A stretch of DNA of 64,000 nt, taken from NCBI GenBank assembly GCA_964601045.1, contig CAZRLF010000004.1:92809-156808 (forward strand), written 5' to 3'. Source of the DNA: an uncultured Bacteriovoracaceae bacterium. Its GTDB lineage: Bacteria > Bdellovibrionota > UBA2394. Made by a program: the position numbers and the translations under genes. Positions 46,506 to 57,131 of this stretch are shown piece after piece; positions within the stretch are counted from its first letter, which is position 1; the number at the start of each line of letters is the position of its first letter. The notes below the pieces were generated by a model. The model saw only the letters and a list, made by a program, of their open reading frames with translations. It was not told the DNA's origin and did no database searches.

Positions 46506-47192
46506 TTACTTTAGCATCGTAAAGAATCGACTAAAGCGTAAGTACGGAAAATGATCCTTATTAAATGAAAACCAAATAAAACCCGCTTTACCTAAGAGTT
46601 TTTCTCGAGGCACAAACCCCCAAAATCGAGAATCTGCGCTATCGTCTCGGTTATCTCCCATCACAAAAAGTGAGTTTTCAGGCACCGTGACAGGCTCAGT
46701 GTCACCAACTTCTTTACTGTTCGAGTACATGGTGTGATGTTTTACATTATTAATGGTTTCAAAAAAGAGACTTTGATCTTCAGGATCATATTTAGGAGTA
46801 AGATCTTCTAAAATATTTCGATCTTTAGCAACTTCAACCGCTAAAGGCTGCCCGTTCAAAATAATTCGATCATCTTTAACTTCAACAGTATCTCCAGGAA
46901 TTCCAATAACACGTTTGATATAGTCTTTATCGGGATCATTCGGATATTCAAAAACTACAATATCGCCGCGCTCTGGATCGCTTCGTTTAATCAAAGATTT
47001 TCGGGTAAAGGGTATGTGCCAATCGTAGGCAAACATATTTACAAAGATGAACTCTCCAATTTTAATGGTAGGAATCATTGATCCGGTAGGAATATGACGA
47101 GGAGATGCAATTGTCGTTCGAAAGAAAAAGGCAACGATAGCAGCGACTCCTAGAGGAAGAATCCAATCTTTATAAAACTTCTTAAAGTCCAT
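46506..47192 (-). CDS. lepB: signal peptidase I
   Basis: It carries the catalytic Ser box PTGSMIPT, the Lys box YIKRVIGIPGD, and GDNRDDSADSRFWGFVP. Confidence 0.9.
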   Translation of the reverse strand: MDFKKFYKDWILPLGVAAIVAFFFRTTIASPRHIPTGSMIPTIKIGEFIFVNMFAYDWHIPFTRKSLIKRSDPERGDIVVFEYPNDPDKDYIKRVIGIPGDTVEVKDDRIILNGQPLAVEVAKDRNILEDLTPKYDPEDQSLFFETINNVKHHTMYSNSKEVGDTEPVTVPENSLFVMGDNRDDSADSRFWGFVPREKLLGKAGFIWFSFNKDHFPYLRFSRFFTMLK

Positions 47193-47201
47193 TTCTTTAA
47201 C

Positions 47202-48290
47202 TTACTCGGGGAGTTTAAGGCCTGTCGAGTCTAAGTCGATAATTCCGCCGCGCTCCAAGTCAAAAAATGGCTTATTTTGCTCATTTTCATTTCGGTTAAG
47301 TAAGCTTACTTTCCATCTCTTACCTTGTGAGCAAAGCCATTTTTCACAGCGGCCTTTACTTTTAATTCTGCGACTTACCATTCGAGCTTGAGAGGAGGTG
47401 AACTTTGTTTTTTGTTTGCCTAAGCAGAGCATTGAAAACTGCAAAAGATTTCTTTGAAAACCCATTTCGTGAACCAGATTCCAGTAGCTTGATGGAGCTA
47501 AGTAAGGCCTTTCCTCATGGCACCAGTCGTCCGTTAAAAGAGCCGGGCAAGAGAAAGAATGCGTGCACGGCAGTAAGAGCGGAATTTCTTTAATAAGTTC
47601 GTTTCGAAGGGCTAAAAAATTTCGATTAATCTGTTTTGATGCCGGCTCTATAAAAACCAGAATTGTTGATTCGGTCGCATTTTTGCACCACGATAGAATT
47701 TCTCGATACCAATGTGCATGAGTGTCGATAGCATCTTTCTTATCGAGTAATCCCATTTCGTTCAGAACATCGACACTTAAAACTAAACTTGAATCGAGAT
47801 CGCTTCCATATGGCGAGCCTTTAGACGTCTGAATATGTTTAGGTAAAAACTCAGAAAAGCTAAGCTGAGCCCACCGAATAGGATCTAAATCTTGATCAAA
47901 CCCTTGAAGTGAAATTGGAGTGTGGGCTCTTTCTTTAAAAAAATCATAAGCTCCTAAAGTTGCGCCTAATGTTCCTGCTCCAAAATCGATTATTTTTTGA
48001 GGACCTCTAGGCCAGATATCAAGGTAGCCATAGCTTTCAAGCTCTCGAAGAACGGCTTTCACTTTTAAAGAAGTCAGAGCTCCAAAATATTGTGAGTAGG
48101 CTCGCATCACCGGACCTTCCCATCTTCGTGCCGTCCCCGTTTGATAAGAGTGACATCTCTTTTTTAAGGCTTCGACCTCTCGCTTTTGAAGGCGATGTCC
48201 AAAGACAGCTTTTTCAAGCTTTTCTGAAAGCCGTATTTTGGGAACGACAACTCGAGGAGGTGTCTCATCGTCGAAAACTTCTTCTGTCAT
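47202..48290 (-). CDS. Rsm22-like SAM-dependent methyltransferase
   Basis: It has the Gly loop IIDFGAGTLGA and the Cys cluster CTHSFSCP...WCHEE typical of the Rsm22 family. I moved the start to ATG 48290. Confidence 0.5.
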   Translation of the reverse strand: MTEEVFDDETPPRVVVPKIRLSEKLEKAVFGHRLQKREVEALKKRCHSYQTGTARRWEGPVMRAYSQYFGALTSLKVKAVLRELESYGYLDIWPRGPQKIIDFGAGTLGATLGAYDFFKERAHTPISLQGFDQDLDPIRWAQLSFSEFLPKHIQTSKGSPYGSDLDSSLVLSVDVLNEMGLLDKKDAIDTHAHWYREILSWCKNATESTILVFIEPASKQINRNFLALRNELIKEIPLLLPCTHSFSCPALLTDDWCHEERPYLAPSSYWNLVHEMGFQRNLLQFSMLCLGKQKTKFTSSQARMVSRRIKSKGRCEKWLCSQGKRWKVSLLNRNENEQNKPFFDLERGGIIDLDSTGLKLPE

Positions 48291-48351
48291 GCTGAACTCA
48301 CAGAATCGTAAAGTATTGCGCGAGAGGGCGCAACTATCTAGCCTAAAGAGA

Positions 48352-49419
48352 ATGAAGGTAGTTGTTCTTAAACCGTTGATTTTGGCCAGAGCCAATGGGG
48401 GAGAAATAGCCCTTATAGAGCGTCTCCGTTGGTTTAAAATGAAGGGGGCAAGCATATCAGTTCAGATTGCTCTTCCGCTTAGCTTTAAACCGCATTTGAG
48501 CGGGATTTTGAAAAATTTTGGCGTTAACTTGGAGGGCGACGGATATATCATCAATGATATCGAATGTAAGGTCGCGTACGACCAAAATTTTGATGCAGAT
48601 CAGGTTACAAGTCAGAAACCTTTTGAAGAGTATTTTTCAGAAGTGATTAAGAGTGAGAAGCCTGACTGGGTTTGGACGCATTATACTGATTTTTTTGCCA
48701 GCACTGCTGCACTCAAATGGAATGCATCAAAAACCTGGATTGATATCACAGACAATGAATTTCCGAGGTTAGAGCAGCTTCAGCAACTTCCAAGTATTCA
48801 AAGTGTTTATCGATCAATCCAGAATATTTTAGTCGCTTCATCTTTTATGGAAGCTGAAGTTCAATCGAGTTTTTCAAAAGCCCGATCTCTTTTGCTTCCA
48901 AATATTATTGAAGACCTCAGTTTAGGAAAAGTTGAGCGCAAGGCTGAGGCATGGATTTTTGTAAATCCAGTAGTTGTCAAAGGCGTTGAGTTTGTTTTGC
49001 AGCTCGCAAAAATTTTGCCGGAAGAGAAATTTATTTTTGTGGGTAATTGGGGACTCGAGCCACCTAAGGATTTGCCTTCCAATATTGAGTTTGCAAAGAG
49101 ACAGGCGAGTTTAAGAAAAATATTTTCACGCGCGAAAGGGCTCCTTATGCCCAGTGTTTGGCAGGAGGCCTTTGGACGAGTTCCTCTTGAAGCTATGGCT
49201 GCAGGTGTTCCAGTTATTTCAAGTGATCGAGGAGCTCTGCCAGAAACCGTTGGCAGTGGTGGAATGGTTTTGCCTCTTGAAACAAAGCGTTGGACTGACG
49301 CTATGGGTCAGTCTTTAGAAAGTTTTATTGAACGAGGCTTTCAGCGAGTCAAAGACTATCAATCTCAAGTTCAAACGGCTTATAAGACTGCAGAAAGTAT
49401 ATTTTGGAGAGGCGAGTAG
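48352..49419 (+). CDS. glycosyltransferase (GT-B fold, GT4-like)
   Basis: It has the C-terminal motif QEAFGRVPLEAMAAGVPVISSDRGALPE. I moved the start to ATG 48352. Confidence 0.7.
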   Translation: MKVVVLKPLILARANGGEIALIERLRWFKMKGASISVQIALPLSFKPHLSGILKNFGVNLEGDGYIINDIECKVAYDQNFDADQVTSQKPFEEYFSEVIKSEKPDWVWTHYTDFFASTAALKWNASKTWIDITDNEFPRLEQLQQLPSIQSVYRSIQNILVASSFMEAEVQSSFSKARSLLLPNIIEDLSLGKVERKAEAWIFVNPVVVKGVEFVLQLAKILPEEKFIFVGNWGLEPPKDLPSNIEFAKRQASLRKIFSRAKGLLMPSVWQEAFGRVPLEAMAAGVPVISSDRGALPETVGSGGMVLPLETKRWTDAMGQSLESFIERGFQRVKDYQSQVQTAYKTAESIFWRGE

Positions 49420-49446
49420 GCTCTATCCGAGGTAGAATGAGGGGAG

Positions 49447-50037
49447 ATGGGTGATTATCCTGTAGAGCGAAATTACTTTAGGATTGCCTGTGAATTTCAG
49501 GTTCGCTTTCGCGTCATTTCTGATGAAGAACTCGGTGTGTTTAGTAACTATGCCATGCGCCCTTCTCCCTATTCGCATTTAAGGTTTGAGCTTGAGAATC
49601 AATTGCAAGCGATGGATATTCGTGACGAGTCTAAATTTCTCTTTGAAAAAGCTTTTCAAATTCTAATGAATATCGATCAAAGACTTGAGCGACTTGAAGA
49701 GCAAATGCAGTCAATCAAAACCGGCGATAAAGGCGTACTTGAATCTTACGAATGGGTTCATGGTGACCTCGGCGCGGGGAGTACCGCTTTCGTGGCCTCT
49801 AAGACGACGGAAGTAAAGGTTGGTAATCATATTTTACTCGATATTATTTTGCCTGCACTTCCAGAGTATCGATTTGTAGCTGCAGCAAAAGTAGTTCATG
49901 TTGATGAGAAAAATATTGGATGTGAGTTTTCGGCTATTCATGAAGATGACCGTGAATTTATTCATCGTTATGTGATCCAAAGAGAGCGCGAAGTCTTGCG
50001 AAACCGTGCTCAATCTAAAGGTAAGCAAGACGCTTAA
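49447..50037 (+). CDS. PilZ-like domain protein
   Basis: It has a split PilZ-like signature, RNYFRI ... DLGAGSTAFV. The assignment is moderate. Confidence 0.45.
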   Translation: MGDYPVERNYFRIACEFQVRFRVISDEELGVFSNYAMRPSPYSHLRFELENQLQAMDIRDESKFLFEKAFQILMNIDQRLERLEEQMQSIKTGDKGVLESYEWVHGDLGAGSTAFVASKTTEVKVGNHILLDIILPALPEYRFVAAAKVVHVDEKNIGCEFSAIHEDDREFIHRYVIQREREVLRNRAQSKGKQDA

Positions 50038-50118
50038 GTTCTAATGGCGTAGAATTTTTTAAATGCTACCACTGTTTTGGTTGTCTTAAGTAAATCTCGG
50101 CTCTAAAAAGCAAGAATC

Positions 50119-50880
50119 ATGAAGATTTTAAATTGGAATGTGAATGGCATTCGGTCTTGCTGGTCTAAAGGTTTTCAGGATGTTATCAAAAAACTCAATC
50201 CTGATATTATCTGTCTGCAAGAAACTAAGGCTTATCGAGAACAGTGTGGTGAGATTGATCAGGGAAGCTCTCTTTACGAACAATCTTGGCATTCTGCGGA
50301 GAAGGCGGGTTACAGCGGGGTCTTAACTTTTTCCCGCTCCAAACCTTCAGAATTCAAAGTCGGCTGTGGAATTAAAAAATATGATAGAGAAGGTCGTGTC
50401 ATTTTAATGGATCAAGGCCCCTTTTATTTGGTGAATCTTTACTTTCCGAACGGTGCTCAAAGCGATGAGCGACATTTTTTTAAAATGGATTTTCTTAAAG
50501 ATATTCTCGATTACTTTAAAGAGCTCGATAAGAAAAAACCGGTGATTGCAACCGGAGATTTTAATATCGCGCATAAAGCGATTGATATTCATGATCCAGT
50601 CCGACTTGATGGCACGAGTGGATTTAAACCAGAGGAGCGCGAGTGGATGGACCAACTCGTAGATGCCGGTTTTATAGATGCTTTTCGATTAAAATACCCG
50701 GACGTCAAAGATCAGTATTCGTGGTGGTCATATAGACAGGCCGCGCGAGAGAGGAACAAGGGATGGAGGATTGATTATTTCATTGTTTCAAATCGGTTTG
50801 CTTCGCATATTGAATCAATCAAGATGCACCAGGATATTAAAGGTTCTGATCATTGTCCCCTGACTTTAGTGATTAAATAA
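50119..50880 (+). CDS. xthA: exodeoxyribonuclease III
   Basis: It carries MKILNWNVNGIRS, CLQETK, GDFNIAH and SDHCP. Confidence 0.9.
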   Translation: MKILNWNVNGIRSCWSKGFQDVIKKLNPDIICLQETKAYREQCGEIDQGSSLYEQSWHSAEKAGYSGVLTFSRSKPSEFKVGCGIKKYDREGRVILMDQGPFYLVNLYFPNGAQSDERHFFKMDFLKDILDYFKELDKKKPVIATGDFNIAHKAIDIHDPVRLDGTSGFKPEEREWMDQLVDAGFIDAFRLKYPDVKDQYSWWSYRQAARERNKGWRIDYFIVSNRFASHIESIKMHQDIKGSDHCPLTLVIK

Positions 50881-50972
50881 GAATTCAATCTCATTTGATA
50901 AAATTCCTTAAAATTTGTCTGCAGTGTAAATTATGTTTACTTCATCCGAAGAAAAATGAGTGGTCTGAGGGC

Positions 50973-52481
50973 TTATTTTTCTCTGTAAGCATCTTCTTTG
51001 CTAATCGTGCGCTCCGTGATCTCTTTACCGTCGTATGAAAGCACTCGGTAATGATCATCAATAAGAGTCTGAATATGAACAGGTCGTCGCCATACTTGAA
51101 AGACATTGCTTAAAGTATCTTTAGCCGTCGCAAGCTTAAGCTCGACACCTTCAAATCTATGCCAGAGATAAAGTTCACCGCGATTTTGGTAATTAGCATT
51201 TACCGCGAAAATTCGGGGTCTTCCCATATTTGTAAGCTGAAATAAAAGAGTCTTTTTAATTTTCTCAAACTCACGTGAAGCAATTTCGTATTCATTGCTT
51301 TTGGGGTTCATTTGAAACGTAAAGAGTTTGTGATCAGCACAAAATTCAGGAGTTAAAAATTCATCTAAAAACATTACATCGTTATAGATTTTTCGAACTT
51401 CAAAAATTTTATCTCTACCTTTGCCTACCTTTTTGTCCCATCTGCGTTTTTCGGCAATATCGGTGCAGTTGTCGTAGTCGGATCCAAACTTTCCTTTATT
51501 CCAACGATCTTCGATATCTCTAAAAAGTTCGATTCCGATTTTATAGGGATTAAATCGTCCCCCGGCCATCGAGACAGTGCCAGAGTGATGATCGGCGTAA
51601 TCGACAACTTCTGAATCTTCGAGAGCATTTCTGGTCATGATAGTTGAATGCCAATAGCTCGCCCAACCTTCATTCATAACCTTAGTCTGTGCCTGAGGAA
51701 GAAAATAATAAGCTTCGTCGCGAATCATCGAAAGAATATCTCTCTCCCAGTTTTCGAGAGGAGCGTTTTCGATCATGAAAAGCAGAGTATCTTGTTCGGG
51801 AGCTTCAGGAAAGTTTCTTTGGCGTTGAGCATCCTCGATCATCTTTGATCTCTGCTCTTCAAGAAATTCGGGCGGGTTGATAAACCGATCCATATAGTTT
51901 TTGGACGTTCTTAATTTTGGTATTCGAGATCGCGTAGGATCTTCATACTCTTCAACGCCTTCTCGACGTCGTTTCATGAAGTTTCCATGGGGATCGATCA
52001 TATTGTCGAGAGAAAGACAAATATCGAGCCAAGATTCAACTCTTTCAAATCCAAATTTTTCAATATAGCGGCGAATGCGAACCGCGTGATTAGCCATCAT
52101 GTCGATAGCTTTTCGATTTGTAGCAGAGAAGAAATAATTATTTTTAAAAAAATCGGCATGACCAAATACATGGGCCATAACTAACTTTTGATCGGTAATT
52201 GCATTTGATTTGAGAAGGTAGGCAATGACAGGGTCATTATTGATCACCATTTCATATATTTTTGAAAGACCGTAAGAGTAACTTTTTGAAAGTCTTTCGT
52301 ATTCCATACCGAAGGACCAGTGAGGATACCGAGTAGGGAATCCTCCATAACTGGCGACCTGGTTTAACTCTTCAAAATCAAGAACTTCAAAAACAACCGG
52401 TAAAAAATCGAGATTATAATTGCGTGCATAACCTTCGATTTCGTCTTGGTAGGCTCTTAATTCTCTAGGTAGATCTGCCAT
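50973..52481 (-). CDS. spoVR: SpoVR family protein
   Basis: It is collinear with the SpoVR/YcgB family (YPHWSFG, MAHVFGHADFFKNN, NEGWASYWH). It is the third gene of the prkA operon. Confidence 0.85.
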   Translation of the reverse strand: MADLPRELRAYQDEIEGYARNYNLDFLPVVFEVLDFEELNQVASYGGFPTRYPHWSFGMEYERLSKSYSYGLSKIYEMVINNDPVIAYLLKSNAITDQKLVMAHVFGHADFFKNNYFFSATNRKAIDMMANHAVRIRRYIEKFGFERVESWLDICLSLDNMIDPHGNFMKRRREGVEEYEDPTRSRIPKLRTSKNYMDRFINPPEFLEEQRSKMIEDAQRQRNFPEAPEQDTLLFMIENAPLENWERDILSMIRDEAYYFLPQAQTKVMNEGWASYWHSTIMTRNALEDSEVVDYADHHSGTVSMAGGRFNPYKIGIELFRDIEDRWNKGKFGSDYDNCTDIAEKRRWDKKVGKGRDKIFEVRKIYNDVMFLDEFLTPEFCADHKLFTFQMNPKSNEYEIASREFEKIKKTLLFQLTNMGRPRIFAVNANYQNRGELYLWHRFEGVELKLATAKDTLSNVFQVWRRPVHIQTLIDDHYRVLSYDGKEITERTISKEDAYREK

Positions 52482-53596
52482 TAATAACCTTTATTTAAAA
52501 ATTCTTTGATCGAATCGTAAATGGATTCTTTATTGGGAATTCGAGACGAGATCACAAGTTCTTTAAATGCATTACTGCCTTGAAAGCGTTCTTTAAGATC
52601 TCGTAAAAACTGGCCACTGCCGTAAAGACTTTCAACCTGGCCGTAACAAAACATATTCACCTGTGGAAGAATTTGCTGCTCCATAATTTGAAAACATTTC
52701 TGGGTATCGTCAGCACTCCAATTATCTCCATCTGAAAAATGAAATGGGTAAATATTCCATTCTGAAGAAGGATAGTTGCGTTTGATGATTTCATTTAAAA
52801 GCACATAGGCCGACGAAATAATTGTTCCGCCTGACTCTCTGGTTGAAAAAAATGTTTCTCGATCAACTTCTCGCGCCGAAGCATCGTGAACAATATAGCG
52901 TGTTTCTAGGCCTTTATACTGAGATCTCAACCAAGTATCGATCCAGAAGGCCTCAGTTCTTACGATTTCCTTTTGCTCGTCACCCATAGAACCCGAAACA
53001 TCCATAATCAAAATGATGGCCGCACTATTATTTTCGTGCTGCTTGGTCTTCCAGGTCCTAAATTTTTGATCACGCGCTTGAGGAATAATGACTGGATTAT
53101 CGGGATTATAATCATCCATTGAGATCTGACGTTTAAGTGCCTGTTTATAGGTTCTCTTTAAATGTAAAAGCGATTTAGGACCAATCGAGTGAATACCTGT
53201 GTATTTATCTTTTACAGATGAAATGTTCTTGTTTCCTCGAGGTTTGATGCGAGGAAGTCCGAGTTCTTCACCCATGATGGCTGCAAGTTCGTCGAGAGTG
53301 ATATCGACTTCGCGTAAATGCATTCCCTCAGCATCGCCAGCTCCCGATGAGCCTTCACCTTCACCGGGGCCGAGCGATTGACCCGGTTGACCATCGCCGG
53401 AGCCCACCCCTTGCCCTTTATTATCACCAAACTCGAAATGGGGCAGATCGATCGAAGGCATTGGAATACTTACTAAGTCTTTGCCTTTGCGGCCGACCAT
53501 CTCACCTTTTGAAATATACTTTCTTAAATGCTGCTTGATACGGCCGCGAATAATTTGGCGAAATCGTGCGTTGTCTGAATTAATCTTTAAAAACAC
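52481..53596 (-). CDS. yeaH: YeaH/YhbH family protein (DUF444, vWA-like)
   Basis: It has a Gly-rich acidic loop and [12 protein letters not shown]. The start is a GTG preceded by GAGAGGA. It lies between prkA and spoVR. Confidence 0.85.
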   Translation of the reverse strand: MFLKINSDNARFRQIIRGRIKQHLRKYISKGEMVGRKGKDLVSIPMPSIDLPHFEFGDNKGQGVGSGDGQPGQSLGPGEGEGSSGAGDAEGMHLREVDITLDELAAIMGEELGLPRIKPRGNKNISSVKDKYTGIHSIGPKSLLHLKRTYKQALKRQISMDDYNPDNPVIIPQARDQKFRTWKTKQHENNSAAIILIMDVSGSMGDEQKEIVRTEAFWIDTWLRSQYKGLETRYIVHDASAREVDRETFFSTRESGGTIISSAYVLLNEIIKRNYPSSEWNIYPFHFSDGDNWSADDTQKCFQIMEQQILPQVNMFCYGQVESLYGSGQFLRDLKERFQGSNAFKELVISSRIPNKESIYDSIKEFLNKGY

Positions 53597-53649
53597 GTTT
53601 GTCCTCTCGAGAGAAGATGAGCTTTAGGTTTTAGCAAGAGAGGGATTCA

Positions 53650-55749
53650 CTATCCCTTGCTCTTGATATCACCTCGAGCAAAAATGGAGGCCACAAAGTT
53701 CAGCACATCTGTTGCACTCTCATCGTTATAACCAAAGTTTTTGATTAAACGCGTTTTGACGACATCAATTTTCTCCTGGGTTTCTTTGTCCACAACATTA
53801 GAGACGAGATTCGTCAATTTGATTGAATCTTTTTGATCCTCAAAAAGTTTGAGCTCTAAAGCTTTATGCAGACGCTCATTGGTTTTGTAATAAAAGGTTT
53901 TTCCTTCTACCGCCAGAGCGCCGATATAGTTCATAATCTCTCTTCTGAAATCATCTTTTCGAGATTCAGGAATTTCAATTTTATCTTCGATAGAGCGCAT
54001 AAGCTTCTCATCGGGTTCTTCATACTGACCTGTAAATTTATTTTTGACTTTTTCGCGCTGAGTATAGGATTTGACCGAATCAATATAATTGGCACAAAGC
54101 TTTTGAATCGAATCTTCATCGGCACAAACCGCTCTTTGAACTTCGTTCTTAACTATATCTTCGTACTCTTGTCGTACAACGGTCAGAAGATCTCGATATT
54201 TCTTTCGAGTTTCTTCATTAGCGATGAGAGAGTGGTGCTTAAGGCCACCCTCAAGCTCGTGAAGAATCATAAAGGGATTAATCGAGGTTGATTCATTCGA
54301 AACTAATGCATTTGAAATCTTATCTTGAACGTATCGAGGTGAAATGCCCTCCATACCTTCGCGAGGCGATTCTTTTCGAAGCTCTTTAATATTGTCTTCG
54401 GTAAATCCTGCCAGAGATTTGCCGTCGTAAAGTTTAAGTTTTTGAAGCAAAGTGAGATTCGCTTTCTTAGGCTCATCAAGTCGAGTGAGCACGGCCCACA
54501 TAGCTGCCATCTCAAGAGTGTGGGGAGCGACGTGCTTTCCGTGAACGCGTTTGACGTTGTAGTCTCGCTTATAGATTTTGGTCTCCTCGGTCCATTTGGT
54601 CACATAGGGAATATCGACTTTCACGGTTCGATCGCGAAGAGCTTCCATGAACTCGTTGTTTTGAAGTTTTCGATATTCAGGTTCGTTCGTATGACCGATG
54701 ATCACCTCATCGATATCGGTGAGAGGAAATTTCTTTGGTTTAATTTTGTGCTCTTGGCTGGCACCTAAGAGGTCGTAAAGGAATGCAACATCAAGTTTGA
54801 GAACCTCTATGAATTCAATCAAACCTCTATTGGCTACTTGAAACTCACCATCGAAATTAAAAGCGCGAGGATCGGATTCAGATCCAAAGATCGCAATTTT
54901 TCGGTAGTTGATATCGCCGGTGAGCTCGGTCGAATCTTGATTCTTTTCATCCTTAGGTTGAAAAGTCGCAATACCTTGGCGCTTCTTTTCAGAAAGTTCG
55001 ATGCGTCTAATTTTTACGCAATCAAGAACTTTGCGATAGTCGCCTTTATAGTAATCGAGCAAAACATTATAAATAAATCGGCAGCAAGGATTAAGCTCGC
55101 CTTCAATTACGATTTGATCTTCAGGACTTCGACCATGGTTAATTGATTGCAAAACTTCTTCGCGCACTTCGGGGGGCAGAAGTTTGAGCGGCTCTTCGTT
55201 CATGGGTGAGGGCAGCTCATCAATTCCTTCTCCAAGCAGAGGTTTGCCTTCAAAGGTGACGGGGTCGGGCAAAATCCAGCTGAAGCTGTAGAGCTTTCCT
55301 TCAGGTTTGCGAGAATATTTCTCGAGCCCTTTTTTTAGGGCTCTTACGATCGTTGATTTAGAACTACCGACTGGCCCGTGAAGAAGTAAAACGCGGTGTT
55401 CAGTTCCATAACCTTTAGCGGCAGCTTTGAGAGCGGCCATAAATTTCATGATGGGTACATCAAGACCAAAGATAGAATCTCTTCCCTGGTCATCCGGATC
55501 ATCAAAAAAATTATAATGAATAATATTTTTCTTCGCGTCCACGAAGTCGCGAGTGCCGTAGCTCATCACCATATCGTAGAGGCGCTGAAAGGCGTTACGT
55601 GCGATATTGGGATCTTCTTCTACAAATTTAAGGTAATCCCAAAACGTGCCTGACCAGCCTAAATTCTGGTACTGATCTACGTATTTAGATTGAGAAAGTA
55701 TGCTTTCAATGCTCGATTTGAGTTTTGAGTCGCCTCTTGTCATTGCCAT
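53650..55749 (-). CDS. prkA: PrkA family serine protein kinase (AAA-type N-domain)
   Basis: It carries [13 protein letters not shown] and is collinear with PrkA/YeaG. The start is probably MAMTRGD (55749); the ORF is open up to 55779. Confidence 0.9.
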   Translation of the reverse strand: MAMTRGDSKLKSSIESILSQSKYVDQYQNLGWSGTFWDYLKFVEEDPNIARNAFQRLYDMVMSYGTRDFVDAKKNIIHYNFFDDPDDQGRDSIFGLDVPIMKFMAALKAAAKGYGTEHRVLLLHGPVGSSKSTIVRALKKGLEKYSRKPEGKLYSFSWILPDPVTFEGKPLLGEGIDELPSPMNEEPLKLLPPEVREEVLQSINHGRSPEDQIVIEGELNPCCRFIYNVLLDYYKGDYRKVLDCVKIRRIELSEKKRQGIATFQPKDEKNQDSTELTGDINYRKIAIFGSESDPRAFNFDGEFQVANRGLIEFIEVLKLDVAFLYDLLGASQEHKIKPKKFPLTDIDEVIIGHTNEPEYRKLQNNEFMEALRDRTVKVDIPYVTKWTEETKIYKRDYNVKRVHGKHVAPHTLEMAAMWAVLTRLDEPKKANLTLLQKLKLYDGKSLAGFTEDNIKELRKESPREGMEGISPRYVQDKISNALVSNESTSINPFMILHELEGGLKHHSLIANEETRKKYRDLLTVVRQEYEDIVKNEVQRAVCADEDSIQKLCANYIDSVKSYTQREKVKNKFTGQYEEPDEKLMRSIEDKIEIPESRKDDFRREIMNYIGALAVEGKTFYYKTNERLHKALELKLFEDQKDSIKLTNLVSNVVDKETQEKIDVVKTRLIKNFGYNDESATDVLNFVASIFARGDIKSKG

Positions 55750-55831
55750 TCGCCCTTCATGTTTTGATCGTTCTCTCAAGTGTTTCCTTCCCGGACCGGG
55801 AGGAACCTATCAACCGACTTTTCCTCTCTCC

Positions 55832-55860
55832 ATTATCTCCCGAATACAGCTTTTCGTCAA
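55832..55860 (-). promoter_or_regulatory. sigma-70-like promoter TTGACG-17nt-GATAAT for the prkA-yeaH-spoVR operon
   Basis: Read on the minus strand, the -35 element is at 55855-55860 and the -10 element at 55832-55837. A hairpin (TTCCTTCCCGG/CCGGGAGGAA) follows in the leader. Confidence 0.5.
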
Positions 55861-55899
55861 AAAACCTCAAAGATTGAGCGTATTTGCATTAACTCAGTG

Positions 55900-55928
55900 T
55901 TGACACAAGGGATCACGAATCGGAGAAT
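55900..55928 (+). promoter_or_regulatory. sigma-70-like promoter TTGACA-17nt-GAGAAT for hup
   Basis: The -35 element is at 55900-55905 and the -10 element at 55923-55928. The SD GGAGGA is at 55962 and the ATG at 55972. Confidence 0.5.
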
Positions 55929-55971
55929 GAGTCGTTATTTTTAAATTTAACCAACTCATTCGGAGGAAAGC

Positions 55972-56250
55972 ATGACAAAAGCAGATCTCATTTCAGCTAT
56001 TTGCAAGAAATGTCCCAATCTTTCAAAGAAAGCGGTTTCAGAAATCGTTGACACAGCGTTTACGACTTTAGCCGTGGGTCTCAAAAAAGATAAACGATTC
56101 ACATATCCTGGTTTTGGAACCTGGACTGTAAAACAACGCAAGGCTCGCAAAGGGATCAATCCTCAAACAGGCCAAGCCATCAATATCAAGGCTTCAAAAA
56201 CCTGTACCTTTAAGCCCAGTGCCGAATTTAAAAAAGGCTTAAATAAGTAA
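55972..56250 (+). CDS. hup: HU family DNA-binding protein
   Basis: MTKADLISAI...GFGTWTVKQRKARKGINPQTGQAINIKASKTCTFKPS is a classical HU/IHF fold sequence. Confidence 0.9.
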   Translation: MTKADLISAICKKCPNLSKKAVSEIVDTAFTTLAVGLKKDKRFTYPGFGTWTVKQRKARKGINPQTGQAINIKASKTCTFKPSAEFKKGLNK

Positions 56251-56300
56251 TTAGAAGACTTTTGCGGCGCGTTTATTTGTGCCAACAGAGTTTATGAGGG

Positions 56301-56340
56301 AGGCCCTTCCAGAAATGGAAGGGCCTCTGTTCATTTTGGT
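56301..56340 (+). terminator. rho-independent terminator of hup
   Basis: The stem is aggcccttcc (56301-56310) paired with ggaagggcct (56317-56326), followed by a T-rich tail. Confidence 0.6.
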
Positions 56341-56396
56341 GCAAAATTTTGAGGGCGTTGATGAGATAAAATGATTTGGGCGATTTTAGGGGGGAG

Positions 56397-57131
56397 ATGT
56401 TTTCAATTCCTTCCATTTCAAGGCCTCAGTCGCCAACTCAGACTGAAAATCGTCAGATTAAAGTTTTTTCTGACTTTGACGGAACCATCTCCAGTAAAGA
56501 TTCGCTCAAACTTCTCCTCAATCGCTTTGCCGGACCTCAATGGTCCCGGCTCGAGAAAAAGCTTTTAAATGGAGAGCTCTCTGAATCAGTTGTTTTACAG
56601 AAAGCTTTTGATGCCATTGATTTGCCATTTACCCAAGCTATTCAGTTTCTACTTAAAGAAGTTCGAATCGATTCGGGTTTTAAGCCTTTCGTTCAATGGA
56701 CGAAGCGAGAGGGCGTTGATCTCACTATTTTGAGTGGAGGGTTTGAAAACTTTATCCGACCGCTTTTGCTACGCGAGGGCTTGGTCGATATGCCTGTCTT
56801 GGCTAATCAGGTGTCGGTTCGTGGGAAAGTCTGGGAGGTGAGCGCTTGCAAAATTTCTCGACTTTGTGAGCTTTGCAATCATTGTAAGACGGCTTCACTC
56901 GTTCAAGAGATTCAAAAAAATCCTGAAACTTTTATCGTTTATATAGGCGATGGACATACGGATCATTGCCCCGTTCAATTGGCGGATCTTATTTTTGCGA
57001 AGGCAGGACTTCGAGAATATTGCGAAGCTAAACAACTCCCTTATGTTCCGTACGAAACATTTTTTGATATTCGTCAGGTTCTAGAGCCGATTCAAATGAG
57101 AATGGTGAGACGTCTTGAGCAAGTCGCTTAA
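56397..57131 (+). CDS. HAD-IB family phosphatase (MtnX-like)
   Basis: It carries the DFDGTIS nucleophile motif and GDGHTDHCPVQLADLIFAK. Confidence 0.55.
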   Translation: MFSIPSISRPQSPTQTENRQIKVFSDFDGTISSKDSLKLLLNRFAGPQWSRLEKKLLNGELSESVVLQKAFDAIDLPFTQAIQFLLKEVRIDSGFKPFVQWTKREGVDLTILSGGFENFIRPLLLREGLVDMPVLANQVSVRGKVWEVSACKISRLCELCNHCKTASLVQEIQKNPETFIVYIGDGHTDHCPVQLADLIFAKAGLREYCEAKQLPYVPYETFFDIRQVLEPIQMRMVRRLEQVA